DNA from: Candidatus Magasanikiibacteriota bacterium
GTDB lineage: Bacteria; Patescibacteriota; Patescibacteriia; Magasanikbacterales; GWA2-37-8
Length of the DNA stretch: 64,000 bases
Assembly: GCA_041665405.1 (NCBI GenBank)
Contig: JBAYIZ010000001.1
Location: 90,618 to 154,617 of the forward strand
Reading direction: 5' to 3'
The translations under genes and the position numbers were made by a program. Position 1 is the first letter of the stretch. Every line of letters starts with the position of its first letter. Positions 39,789-49,900 of this stretch are shown one piece after another. The notes beneath the pieces are model-generated. The model ran no database searches, was not told the DNA's origin, and worked only from the letters and a program-made list of their open reading frames with translations.

Positions 39789-40086
39789 ACCTTCCTCCAC
39801 ACCTTATAGATTAGCAAAAAAATATGTATTTTGCTAAGACTACACATTATTCATTATCGTTGTTAGTCATTGTTAGTATCAATTAGTAAACTTTCGTCAC
39901 CTTTTTGGGCAACCGGTGGGCAACACTTCTGGAGGAGGTGACGAGGTTTATTAAAAACAGATATAAAAAAACCGCCAACCACTCTGTCCTATATACAATA
40001 TTATAATTATATACAAAACAGTTCGGTGGTCGGCGGTCTCTTTCAAGCCCGCCAACTCCTTACTGCGTCCTTTCGGGCTAGCTGGA

Positions 40087-40728
40087 CTAGCGGGGCCTGC
40101 GGGGGATCTCGACGCCGAGGAGGTGCTCGAGGAGGGTGATGTCGAGAATGGTCATCCCCAGCGGTCCGAATGGCATGTCGATGGACGGACGACGGTCATC
40201 GACGGGCGCGTCGTTGATGGGCAGACCGGCCGCCATCATCTGCTTGAGGAGCATGATGCCGTCGAGGACATGCATCACAACTTCTCGCGAGTTGATGAGA
40301 TTGGCCACCTTCTCCAGGCCTTCGGCCATGCTGTGGATCTCCTTGCTGAATGCGCCGTCTTCGCGGACGATCTGGCCACGAGGGGTGGGGTAGGAGCCAT
40401 CCTTGCATACCGCGAAGCGGAACGCCGGCATGAAGTCCGCGAAGAATTCGTACGCGGACACCTTCTCGAACACCTTCTCGATCGTCTGGCAAACGCCAGC
40501 TTCTTCGATCTGCGCGAGGATGTCCAGCATCTCCTGCTCTTCGATCTTGCCGTCGTTAGCCACTGCTTGCAGCGTGGCCTTGGCGTTCTCGATGAAGAGG
40601 AGTGTACCTTCCAAGGGGACGCCTTCCAGGTGGATCTCGCCATAGGCGATACCCAGCTCATTGAGCAACTTCTGCTTTTTCCCGACGATGAACATGGCTG
40701 TCTCCAGAGCAGAACATCCACGCATCAC
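40087..40728 (-). CDS. Hypothetical protein (213 aa), GC-rich foreign-looking gene
   Basis: The minus-strand product is plausible (MMRGCSALETAMFIVGKKQKLLNELGIAYGEIHLEG...). The plus-strand overlapping ORFs are Arg/His-rich artefacts. Confidence 0.6.
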   Translation of the reverse strand: MMRGCSALETAMFIVGKKQKLLNELGIAYGEIHLEGVPLEGTLLFIENAKATLQAVANDGKIEEQEMLDILAQIEEAGVCQTIEKVFEKVSAYEFFADFMPAFRFAVCKDGSYPTPRGQIVREDGAFSKEIHSMAEGLEKVANLINSREVVMHVLDGIMLLKQMMAAGLPINDAPVDDRRPSIDMPFGPLGMTILDITLLEHLLGVEIPRRPR

Positions 40729-40924
40729 GCGTGCCCTCTTCGATGTTACTCCGTTGAATGGAAGGTTGTGAGGGGGGAGAAAAATCCTTTTTTAGACTCT
40801 TTTCCCCGCTCATAACTCTGATTTAAAAGAACAATATAATACATTCTCACAAAAAGAGGTAAAAGTCAAGTATATAAACAAAAAAGCACTTTCTTTCGAA
40901 TGGTGCTCTTTATGCGAAACTCCC

Positions 40925-41001
40925 TGGCGGGTCGGACGGGACTCGAACCCGCAACTTCTGCCGTGACAGGGCAGTGCTCTAACCAGTTGAACTACCGACC
41001 C
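40925..41001 (-). tRNA. tRNA-Asp (anticodon GTC), CCA encoded
   Basis: Minus strand GGGTCGG-TA-GTTC-AACTGGTTA-GAGC-A-CTGCC-CTGTCAC-GGCAG-AAGTT-GCGGG-TTCGAGT-CCCGT-CCGACCC-G-CCA. A terminator hairpin lies at 40878-40908. Confidence 0.9.
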
Positions 41002-41004
41002 AAT

Positions 41005-41071
41005 AACCCAAGTCAGTAATCCTACCGTGACAGGCTCGCCTAGGCGAGTCTAGCCAGTTGAACTACCGACC
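41005..41071 (-). pseudogene. Degenerate partial copy of tRNA-Asp (5' acceptor, D-arm and anticodon loop retained; anticodon stem and 3' half lost)
   Basis: GGGTCGGTAGTTCAACTGGCTAGAC...CCTGTCACGG... matches the 5' half of the adjacent tRNA-Asp. It does not fold into a full cloverleaf. Confidence 0.6.
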
Positions 41072-41172
41072 CAAATTTTACTTGTTTCATTATAATAAAG
41101 AAAAGCGGTTTAGTCAATAGGTCTAAAAACAAAAAACCTGTCATGCTTGGACAGGTTTCCTGTTTAAACTGT

Positions 41173-41508
41173 TTATTGGTTTGCTGGAATAGTAGTGGTT
41201 GGAGCGGGGATATTCTGTTCCAAGACGGGAATATTTTGTCCAACGGGTCCTGTACAGTTCGCAGTACCGTTTTGAAAGTTCTTGAAATTTCTTTCACCGC
41301 CTCTTTGTCCACGTCCGCGCATCATCTGATTAAAGCCAGCTTTCTGATTGTTGAATCCGTATTGCTCACCACGATGATATCCTGCGAATCTTCCAGATGC
41401 CATACCAGCACAAAATACTAACACTAATACCACTGCACCAATTAACCAATATAACCAGTTTTTTGGATTGTGGCACCACTGACAAAATTTATTTCCTGTA
41501 TTTTCCAT
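41173..41508 (-). CDS. Small membrane protein with a Gly/Arg/Asn/Gln-rich tail
   Basis: 111 aa, one TM helix (WLYWLIGAVVLVLVFCAGMA), low-complexity C-terminus. Confidence 0.45.
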   Translation of the reverse strand: MENTGNKFCQWCHNPKNWLYWLIGAVVLVLVFCAGMASGRFAGYHRGEQYGFNNQKAGFNQMMRGRGQRGGERNFKNFQNGTANCTGPVGQNIPVLEQNIPAPTTTIPANQ

Positions 41509-41589
41509 AGAGTATATTATGTAAATGAAAGTTCGAGTGATCGACTTCTATATATAATACAGACGAGGGTATATATTTATTTCAAATAA

Positions 41590-41685
41590 CAAAAAAGGTC
41601 CTAGGAGTGTTCAGGCTAAGCAATAAGCAAAGGAGGGGGTGCTTACACTTAACCGAACACTCTCAGGACCTTTTTATTTTTGATG
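41590..41685 (-). terminator. Long-stem terminator downstream of rplT (minus strand)
   Basis: GGTCCTGAGAGTGTTC ... GAACACTCCTAGGACC followed by a T-run on the minus strand. Confidence 0.55.
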
Positions 41686-41748
41686 TTCTAATTATATCAA
41701 CCAGTTTCAACCGTGTCAAACATTCTGGTTGTGGATAAGATTGTCCAA

Positions 41749-42096
41749 TTATTTTTTTACTGCTTCTACCAATTTTGCAAATACAGCTGGGTAGTTCAAA
41801 GCCAATTCGGACAACACTTTGCGATCCAATTCGATGTTGGCTTTTTTTAGCAAGTTGATAAACTTACTATAAGACAAATCGTATTTGCGTACAGCGGCGT
41901 TCAAGCGGATGGACCACAAAGCGCGGGCAGTACGTTTCTTTTTGCGACGATCAACAAATGCATGTTGGCCGGCTTTCATTTTGGCTACTTTGGCAACTTT
42001 GATTTTGGATTTGCGACCCCAGCGGAAACCTTTGGTGTGCTTCAAAATCCCAGCTCTGCGTTTGCGGTGCAATAGACCGCCTTTAATTCTGGTCAT
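41749..42096 (-). CDS. rplT: 50S ribosomal protein L20
   Basis: MTRIKGGLLHRKRR...; infC-rpmI-rplT operon order. Confidence 0.93.
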   Translation of the reverse strand: MTRIKGGLLHRKRRAGILKHTKGFRWGRKSKIKVAKVAKMKAGQHAFVDRRKKKRTARALWSIRLNAAVRKYDLSYSKFINLLKKANIELDRKVLSELALNYPAVFAKLVEAVKK

Positions 42097-42106
42097 AGTT
42101 TAAAAA

Positions 42107-42301
42107 TTAGTTAGGTAATGTAATTTGAATAACGCGATTTACTGTCGGACTCAAGACAGTATCGGATTTCTTATTACGTCCTACCTTGCCGTTTTCACGG
42201 GAATTAAAATGATTTTGTCCGGCTGTGCGTTTGATAACTTTTCCATTTTTGGTCACACGAAATCTTTTCGATGTACCTTTGTGTGTCTTTAACTTTGGCA
42301 T
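42107..42301 (-). CDS. rpmI: 50S ribosomal protein L35
   Basis: MPKLKTHKGTSKRFRVTKNGK... Confidence 0.9.
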   Translation of the reverse strand: MPKLKTHKGTSKRFRVTKNGKVIKRTAGQNHFNSRENGKVGRNKKSDTVLSPTVNRVIQITLPN

Positions 42302-42311
42302 ACATTATGAA

Positions 42312-42857
42312 TTAATTTTTTACAATAATAACAGTAATTTTGTTTCCTTGTCTTTCTGTCGGCTGTTCAAATCTGGTATTTATTTCAGCATTTATTTCGG
42401 CAAGGAATTTTTTCAAACTTTCAAAGGCCAATCCAGCCTGTTGATTTTCGCGACCGCGTAAAACTATTTCTATTTTTACTTTGTCGCCTTCATTTAAAAA
42501 CTTGATTGTTTGTGTTTTGCGAATATCGATATCGTGTTTGCCGATGCGCAGTGACATGCGTACTACTTTGGTATCTATAACATGTTGGTGAGCTTTGCGG
42601 ATGCGCTGTTCTTTTTCTTGTTGATAACGGAACTGTCCATAGTCCATGATCTTGGCAATCGGTGGTTCAGCCTTTGGGTTGATTACCACCAAATCCAATT
42701 CTTGTTCTCTAGCCATGCGAATAGCATCGGCGGTGTTGAGTACACCCAGTGATGCGCCATCTGTGCCTAGAGTAAAGACTTGTGGATAAGAAATACTTTC
42801 ATTGAATGAAAAGTTTTTCTTTGGTTCTTCTTTTTTTCGTTTGTGCGATATACGCAT
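42312..42857 (-). CDS. infC: Translation initiation factor IF-3
   Basis: IF3 N- and C-domain motifs (LDLVVINPKAEPPIAKIMDYGQFRYQQEK). The true start may be a non-ATG codon further downstream, as is usual for infC. Confidence 0.88.
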   Translation of the reverse strand: MRISHKRKKEEPKKNFSFNESISYPQVFTLGTDGASLGVLNTADAIRMAREQELDLVVINPKAEPPIAKIMDYGQFRYQQEKEQRIRKAHQHVIDTKVVRMSLRIGKHDIDIRKTQTIKFLNEGDKVKIEIVLRGRENQQAGLAFESLKKFLAEINAEINTRFEQPTERQGNKITVIIVKN

Positions 42858-42890
42858 AAGCTAATAAATTTGTCTGATAAAACAGACAAT

Positions 42891-43294
42891 GTGGAGGTGG
42901 CGAGAGTTGAACTCGCGTCCAGATAATTTTGAATATACCTTCTACATGCTTAGTCCACTTAGGATTTAACTATAGAGATAATAGGTGAACGAAACTCTCT
43001 ATGAGCGAGCCAGATTTACTTTCGGAATAAAGCATCTGACAATACCTTAAACCTACATCTCGTAAGTGACACCGTGTTGCGCTACGAAATCTCACGCAGG
43101 CGATGGGAAGCAACTATTAAGCTGCTACCGGAGCAAAATTGCAACAACCTTCGCCGATGAAGGCGTTGGTGAAAGCAATTTTAGCTTTTGAAAATAAGTT
43201 TGCACTTATAATTTGTTTTAGGGATTTATGAGGGCTAAAACATCCTCAGCATGCGAGTGTACGCAGAAACTTCTGTCAAAAGCACGGCACCCCC
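42891..43294 (-). ncRNA. ssrA: tmRNA (SsrA), ~400 nt
   Basis: 5' end GGGGGUGCCGUGC..., 3' tRNA-like end GGACGCGAGUUCAACUCUCGCCACCUCCA (T-arm plus acceptor). Internal tag reading frame ending ...NFAPVAA-stop. Lies 3 nt after the smpB stop. Confidence 0.8.
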
Positions 43295-43296
43295 GT

Positions 43297-43779
43297 TTAG
43301 TTTGTAAATTTTAAAACTTGACGCAACTCTCGTTGTGTATCGCGTTTCTTCAAGGCTTCACGTTTGTCGTATTGTTTTTTGCCTTTAGCTAGTGCGATTT
43401 CCATCTTTACAAAACGTTGTTTAGTATACACTGAAAGAGGGACGATTGTCAAGCCTTTTTCTTCCAATTTCCCTTGCAAATAGCGGATTTCTTTTTTTCG
43501 GAGTAATAATCGGCGGCTGTGGGTAGGGTCGTAGTCTGGAATATCGCCAGCTTGCTTATATTTAGTAATATGGGCATTGGTGAGGTAAGCGTCGCCATTG
43601 TGGAAGGTGATATAGGCACCCTTTAGTGATAAATGGCCGTCTTTGACTGATTTGACTTCTTGACCAGTGAGCACTAAGCCTGCCTGGAATTTTTCCAAGA
43701 TCTCAAAATCGAATAGGGCCTTGCGGTTATCAGCTAAAGTCATATGGGTGATGGTATCATAATTTAGCGGAGAATTCAA
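43297..43779 (-). CDS. smpB: SsrA-binding protein SmpB
   Basis: 160 aa, FEILEKFQAGLVLTGQEVKS ... C-terminal basic tail. Confidence 0.9.
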   Translation of the reverse strand: MNSPLNYDTITHMTLADNRKALFDFEILEKFQAGLVLTGQEVKSVKDGHLSLKGAYITFHNGDAYLTNAHITKYKQAGDIPDYDPTHSRRLLLRKKEIRYLQGKLEEKGLTIVPLSVYTKQRFVKMEIALAKGKKQYDKREALKKRDTQRELRQVLKFTN

Positions 43780-43844
43780 GTTTTTAGCCTAGCTGAGAAA
43801 ACATTTGTAAAAAGTTTCGTTTTGTGCTATGATTTGTTCATATT

Positions 43845-44639
43845 ATGTCTATAAAATCACTTTCTTTACACCCCAAATTTGCTGGCTTTTTGGATGTGGT
43901 GGTCGGCCTCCTACTTTTGCTTGTTTTGAAGCAGGTGACACTGTGGTGGCTGTTGGCCATTTTTTTGGTTTTACGTATCGTTTTTTGGATGGTTTTGATC
44001 CGTTTAGTGTATTATCCTGAAAATATAAAACGCTTTTGGCATCTTTTGACTTTGACAGTCTTTCATTTGGGGGCTGTTTTATTATTGTTGTTTATCGAAT
44101 GGGCGCCGTCTTGGTATTTGGTTGGACTGATTTATCTGTTATTTCCTCTGATTAGTTTTTGGTTATTACCATCCAAGAGTGAGGGGCCGCTTTCGTTTAT
44201 GATGAAGCCATATCGTCGCTGGCGATTTTGGATGAGTACGTTTGGTGTGTTTGGTTTGTGGTGTGGAATTTTTGCTTCTGTATTTTTACAAGTTTTGAAT
44301 ATTAGCTATTGGATTTTATTAGTTATTGGCTCAGTCGTCACCGCCGCCGTTTCGATGTGGTGGTGGAAAGAATATAATATTGAAAAAAATTCTCGGTATT
44401 GGTGGTGGACTGTATGCGTTGGTATTTTTATGTTAGAAATTGCCTGGGCTTTGTTTCGTTGGCCACTGGGATATTTTGCCAGTGCGATGATTTTGGTTTG
44501 GTTTTGGTATGATATTTGGTTGTTGGCTCGGTTTCATTTGTTGCCGGCGGGCATTCACTGGCCCAAACAAATTTTCTTTTTTATTGTTAATGGTGTTTTG
44601 TTGTTATCTTTTTTAATTTTAATCGTAAAATGGAAATAA
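43845..44639 (+). CDS. Polytopic Trp-rich membrane protein, function unknown
   Basis: 264 aa, 7-8 hydrophobic helices. Confidence 0.5.
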   Translation: MSIKSLSLHPKFAGFLDVVVGLLLLLVLKQVTLWWLLAIFLVLRIVFWMVLIRLVYYPENIKRFWHLLTLTVFHLGAVLLLLFIEWAPSWYLVGLIYLLFPLISFWLLPSKSEGPLSFMMKPYRRWRFWMSTFGVFGLWCGIFASVFLQVLNISYWILLVIGSVVTAAVSMWWWKEYNIEKNSRYWWWTVCVGIFMLEIAWALFRWPLGYFASAMILVWFWYDIWLLARFHLLPAGIHWPKQIFFFIVNGVLLLSFLILIVKWK

Positions 44640-44642
44640 ACT

Positions 44643-45710
44643 ATGTCAATTGTCCCTCCTCATTTGCCAGCTCCAGTTTGTAATCTAGAAGATCATCGAA
44701 AATGGCAACGCATAAAAGTATTATTTGTGGCTGTTGTTTTTGGTTTGTTTGCAGGAGCGACTGGAGCATCGATGTGGCTTGGTTGGGTGTGGCCAGGATT
44801 TGGTGGTGGTGATAATTGGATTTTGTCTAGCGGTGTTAGCAATACTTCACGTGATTTATTGGATGCTCGAGCGCGAGTTGAGCTAGAGGATAGGGTTGGT
44901 GCAGTATATCGTGATTTATCAGGCGCGACCGGATTGACTTATTTGAGTCCAGACAAAAAAATCGGTGAAGCGATTTTTGTTTCTTCGGACGGTTGGTTGG
45001 CCTTGTATTATCCAACCTATAGTGGAGATTATAAAAATTGGCGCGTGTTGTTGAATAGCGGACGTTCATATACAGTCCAAAAAGTTTTGAAAGATAATAA
45101 CTCGAATTTGGTATATTTAAAAATTGTTTCAGATCAAGTCGGTGCACAATTTAAAGTGGTAAATTTTGGAGCGGAAACAAAACAATTGCAGGATGTGTAT
45201 GTGTTTAGCCATAATACTTGGCACCATACTTGGGTCACCAATAAAATTGTAAAATCATTTTCTCTGCCACATTTGGATTCGGCGCCGAGTACCGAAGTTG
45301 AGTTAAACGAAAGTTTTTCCGCCGGTGATTTGGTAGTAGATATACAGGGGAAAATTTTGGGAGTGGTTAGCAACGGGCAATATTTTTTGCCTAGTCAGTA
45401 TATTTCCAATATATTACCAAGTGTTTTGAGTACACAGAAAATTGTTTATCGCACTCTAGGTACGTATGGATGGTTTTCTTCTGAGCAGCCAATTATTATA
45501 AAAAACGAACTCACTGCCGGTTATGCGGTTTCGCGAGTGTTTTTGAACACCTCGAAATTAAAAGCAGGGGATATTATTTTTGAAGTAAATGGACAAATAG
45601 CTGAGAGCGAAAATTTGTGGTATAATATAATTAGTAATCAAAATCTAAAATTAAAAGTTTTGCGTAAGGGCAAAATTGTTGAATTTACGCAAGACGTTTT
45701 AAAGAATTAA
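44643..45710 (+). CDS. Membrane-anchored protein with a possible degenerate trypsin-like/PDZ-type domain
   Basis: N-terminal TM. The segment SAGDLVVDIQGKILGVVSNGQ loosely resembles GDSGGP...G.L.GI. Weak assignment. Confidence 0.4.
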   Translation: MSIVPPHLPAPVCNLEDHRKWQRIKVLFVAVVFGLFAGATGASMWLGWVWPGFGGGDNWILSSGVSNTSRDLLDARARVELEDRVGAVYRDLSGATGLTYLSPDKKIGEAIFVSSDGWLALYYPTYSGDYKNWRVLLNSGRSYTVQKVLKDNNSNLVYLKIVSDQVGAQFKVVNFGAETKQLQDVYVFSHNTWHHTWVTNKIVKSFSLPHLDSAPSTEVELNESFSAGDLVVDIQGKILGVVSNGQYFLPSQYISNILPSVLSTQKIVYRTLGTYGWFSSEQPIIIKNELTAGYAVSRVFLNTSKLKAGDIIFEVNGQIAESENLWYNIISNQNLKLKVLRKGKIVEFTQDVLKN

Positions 45711-45733
45711 AAAAATAATTTTAATTTTTATTT

Positions 45734-46339
45734 ATGTTTGCAATGCTATTTCGTCACGCCAAACTTATTTTGGTTTGGGGTGTATTGGTCGCCATATTAT
45801 CAGCGGCGGTAAGTTTGTTATTTCCGTGGCAGTATAGTGCACAAAGTCAGGTGCTCATTATATCTCGTGATCGCAGTGGAGTAGATCCATATACTCAGTC
45901 CAAAGCGGCTGAACGTATCGGAGAAAATTTGGCACAAGTAATGCAGACAGATGATTTCAAAAATAAAGTGCTGGCTTCACCAACAGCGTCATTTGATAAA
46001 ACTCGCTGGACAAGTTTGACCGACAGAAAACAAAAAAAACAATGGCAGAAAGATGTGGCCGGACAGATGGTGTATGGTACCAGTCTGATGAACATCACAG
46101 TCTATAGTACCAAAGAAGATGTCTTACCATTGGCGACTACTATTACCGAAACTCTCACCACTGCTGGTTGGGAATATGTCGGTGGTGATGTAGCTATCAA
46201 AACTGTGAACCAACCTATAGTATCTGCTTGGATCACTAGACCAAATATTTTATTCAATGGATTACTCGGCTTTTTGGCTGGAGTGGTTTTGTCTTGTGTT
46301 TGGGTGATAAAGTATAGACGTCATTTGTTTGGATTTTAA
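45734..46339 (+). CDS. Polysaccharide chain-length determinant-like protein (Wzz/CpsC family)
   Basis: 201 aa with N- and C-terminal TM helices and an N-terminal YSAQSQVLI-type Wzz motif. Confidence 0.45.
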   Translation: MFAMLFRHAKLILVWGVLVAILSAAVSLLFPWQYSAQSQVLIISRDRSGVDPYTQSKAAERIGENLAQVMQTDDFKNKVLASPTASFDKTRWTSLTDRKQKKQWQKDVAGQMVYGTSLMNITVYSTKEDVLPLATTITETLTTAGWEYVGGDVAIKTVNQPIVSAWITRPNILFNGLLGFLAGVVLSCVWVIKYRRHLFGF

Positions 46340-46349
46340 TTTTTAAAAT

Positions 46350-46374
46350 TGTCATCCTCGCGAATGCGGGGATC
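46350..46374. repeat. GC-rich hairpin TCATCCTCGC-GAAT-GCGGGGAT of the same TCATYCC...GGRAT hairpin family
   Basis: GTCATCCTCGCGAATGCGGGGATC, immediately upstream of a TATATAAT -10-like box for the 46401 operon. Confidence 0.35.
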
Positions 46375-46400
46375 TATATAATAATTTATAAATAAAATAT

Positions 46401-46715
46401 ATGCCAGAACAAAATCCATTAGAAGATTTAATTTTACAGGCTTTAAAACCAAAAGGTTTTGATAAACTCAGTCAAACAGATCAAACTGTATATTTGGCTC
46501 AATTTGTCGCTGAGGCAGATAGACGACTAAGTATCGGTTTGGTGCCATTGTTGTCCGAAGATGGTATGAAGGAGCATTTGTCTATGACCCAAAACAATGC
46601 CACCCCACAACAATGGTCTGATTTTTGGAATAAAAATATTGAAGATTTTCCTGCAGTTATAAGTAAAATTTTAGCAGACTATATAAAAGAAATCAGCGCC
46701 GCATTTAACATGTGA
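46401..46715 (+). CDS. Hypothetical protein (104 aa)
   Basis: First gene of a tightly spaced three-gene operon ending in the giant ORF. Confidence 0.5.
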   Translation: MPEQNPLEDLILQALKPKGFDKLSQTDQTVYLAQFVAEADRRLSIGLVPLLSEDGMKEHLSMTQNNATPQQWSDFWNKNIEDFPAVISKILADYIKEISAAFNM

Positions 46716-46719
46716 TTTT

Positions 46720-46914
46720 ATGTCGGACGAGAATTTATTAAATTATAACACTGGTACCGCTGGTTTAGGTATTATTTTTGCTACTCAGAAATTTTTGCAA
46801 CGTATGGACGCATTGACTAAGGAAGAAAATGTTTTGAGAAATGAACTATTAGAAATGTTGGATAATGCTAAAAAGAAAAAAATCAATAAAGTAATTAAGA
46901 ATTTCAAATCATAA
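46720..46914 (+). CDS. Hypothetical small protein (64 aa)
   Basis: 4-nt intergenic gaps on both sides. Confidence 0.45.
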   Translation: MSDENLLNYNTGTAGLGIIFATQKFLQRMDALTKEENVLRNELLEMLDNAKKKKINKVIKNFKS

Positions 46915-46918
46915 TTTT

Positions 46919-49900
46919 ATGAAAAAATCCGAATCTTCCTTAAATGCTCCAGAGCGTGTTAGTAAATTTGACGCAGATAAATTTGCAGTAAATGATGAAA
47001 TAATTTATCGTGATCCGTCCGCTGGTTGGGTACGTGGTAAGTTGGCCAGAAAGCCTGAAGTGACTCCAGATAAGGCTATCAAAATTACCTTAACTGGTAG
47101 AGTGGAACACGTTGTACATATACCGCCAAAATTGGTTGAATTTTCGTCAACTACTGGTCGGGTGAGACGGGTGAAATATGATGGTAAGGAATATGGCGTG
47201 GGCGATGTTCACATCGGACCAAACGGAGAAATTTGGTATGATCTGACAGATCCTGCTACTCCGACTCGTGTAGTATTGAGAAAAATAGATCAAGAGGTGA
47301 TTCGTAATTTGAGTGAAATTTCAAAAATTGAAACCAAGCTAACAACTGCGGGTACTGGTGATATTGCACGCTTGGTTACTGAAGTAAAAAAAGTTCAAGG
47401 CGAGAAGCGCACAGAATTAATGAAACAAATAAATGATTTGGAATTAAAAATCAAGGAAATGCATCACCAAATATCTGATTTAGGTGAATTGTCTGAATTG
47501 GAAGCTGGACAGATGGTGACTGTGTCTGCAGAAATTAAAAAAATAAAATCTGCGATAGATGCGGCGATAAGAAAATTGGATACCGAAATTAGTGAAATCA
47601 TTGCCAAGGAGGAAAAAAGTGGGGAAGTTAAAGAAAGAAAAGAAAATGCCGAGACATTTCAAACTATGATTGATAGAGAGTTTGCTGGTATTGATAGAAC
47701 TGCAAAAATAAAATTTGACAGTGAACATGCTAAATGGGTAAAAAAATCTGAAGCATTTGAACGTTGGGATAGCGAAAGAAAGGTGTTGACGGAAGCGTTG
47801 AAGGCTGCCAAAAATGATAATGCTTTGAAAGCCGTAGCACAAAGAGCTATCGATGATTTTGACCGTGATCCACGAAATATACCGCGTCCTGTAAAACCAC
47901 CACCAGAAAAGACATTTGAAAAACCAAGTGGTAATCCAATAAAACAAGAAGAAATTACTATACAAATATTTAATGATTTGACAGCTGCTAGGTTGGCTTT
48001 TGATACTGCCAATGCAGTTGTTCCACCAGCCACTCCACCAGTTTTTAGATTTGCAGATTTTTTGGATTCAGTTGATGCAAAAAGAAAAGCAAACGCTGCA
48101 AAGGAGGGTCTTACGGATTATCTGCACCCTGGTCGAGTTCTGTCACAGTTGAGTCCTCGTGCTATTGAAACAATAAAAATAATAAAGGAGATGATTGAAG
48201 AATGGAAAAATCTACAAGAAACCGAAGCTTTCAATTTCAAAAAAGAAAAAGCCGAATTGGAAGCAGACGTAGAAAGATTGGTCTTCAAACTACAAACACA
48301 AACAGGTGTTTCAAGATTAGAGACAAGACTTGAGGCTATCCGAACTAATATTACAGCATTAAAATCGTCTACTGCGGGTGTGGACAAAGTTATGATTGAT
48401 TATTGGCGTGAGTTAGGTAACTTAGAAAAAGATATATTGAGTGCTGAACTAAAGACAAAAGCCAGTACAACAGAAAGAGAAGTGAAATTTGTCGATTTAC
48501 CCCGCGGTATAATGAAGGAAATGATGTTGGCCAAGCCAGCTGAGTTCAAAGAGGTTGTAAAACAATCCTATGACGCAGTTATCAGTGAAGGCAAATCTAC
48601 TAGTGATCTTGAACTAGCGATGGCCAAATGGTTGGATGGAATAGATGTGGATGCGACGACACCACCACTACGAGGCAGGATGGCCCAATATGGTATCAAA
48701 GATTGGGAAGGTTTTAGAAAACAATTCAAAAATAAATTATCCAAGGATTTTTCACTGTTGATGATGGCCAATACTGATAGTCAGTTGCGCAATTTGTTGA
48801 CTCAAAAAATTGCTGATATAAAAAATAATCCGGCTCGTTGGAAATTCTATACAAAAGATTTTTGGAGGGAAATAAGACAAGAACACTGGGACACTTCGAC
48901 CTTTGTTAATATGAAAGCCTCGATGGCTGCGCGTATGGGAATAAATATAGCTGTGTTGGGTACTATCGGCGGCGGTCTTAGCCTTGCGTTAAAATTGGTA
49001 CCTATTCCAGGGGTGGTGAAAGCAGGTATAGTTGGTAGTGCTGTTGGTTTTGCCAAGGCAGGAATACAAAGAATAATGGGCAAAGACACAAACTATTATT
49101 CGAAAGAACAAGAAAGAGCAAAAAAAGTTGCTGATGAAAAGAAAAAACAATTTATTACCGATGAACTAATGAGTAAAATGTTTACCACAGATGTTTTAAA
49201 TCCAGGAATAAAACCAGAACAGGTTGATATGATGGCTGACATGTTTACTATATCCATGCGTAAAGTGACTGGTAAAAAAGAAGGTCAAGAATTAGCTGTG
49301 ACTGATGGCACTGAAACTATCACTCTAAAGGGTGATACTGTGTGTATGTTCCATGAGATGTTGAAAAATGCGGCAGAGGCGGAGGGAGTAGATGTTGAAG
49401 ACAAAAAAATTCGATTGGAATTTGCCAAAGCATTATATGCGTTACACAATAATGATGCAATAAAAGTACAAGAACAAGATCCTATAGAAGTACGCGCATG
49501 GCAAAAAATAATAGATATATATTCTGGAAAAAGTTCGGTTGCTTCGCGTGGTGGACAATCCCCAGATATGTTGCGCAGACAAGGACTAGGAGCGCAAGCA
49601 GATGAATTGGAGAAAAAACAAAAAATGGATTTTGGTACTCAAGCTATGATAACTGCCGGCATGGGTGGTTCTGTTGCAGCGGTGATGGTTTATAATAGTG
49701 ATATTGGTCGTGGTGTTTTGGGAGCTACCATTTTTGGTTTGGCTGGAGAGAAAGCCGGTTTGAAATCAGAGCGCAATTCAGCAGATAGAGATAGTATCCA
49801 GCATGTTGAGTCAAATTTGTTTCAAATAAATACACATATAAATGATGCTTTGACAGGAGGTTCACACACGGTCTCTGATGGTCATACAAAAATGACCAAA

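Larger units (their letters stand above)
38830..40800. other. Compositionally anomalous high-GC cassette 3 (two genes) at the tRNA-Asp locus
   Basis: GC-rich coding blocks with host-like AT-rich promoters and terminators, bounded by tRNA-Asp (40925-41001) and containing a duplicated tRNA 3' end (39766-39788). Confidence 0.65.
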
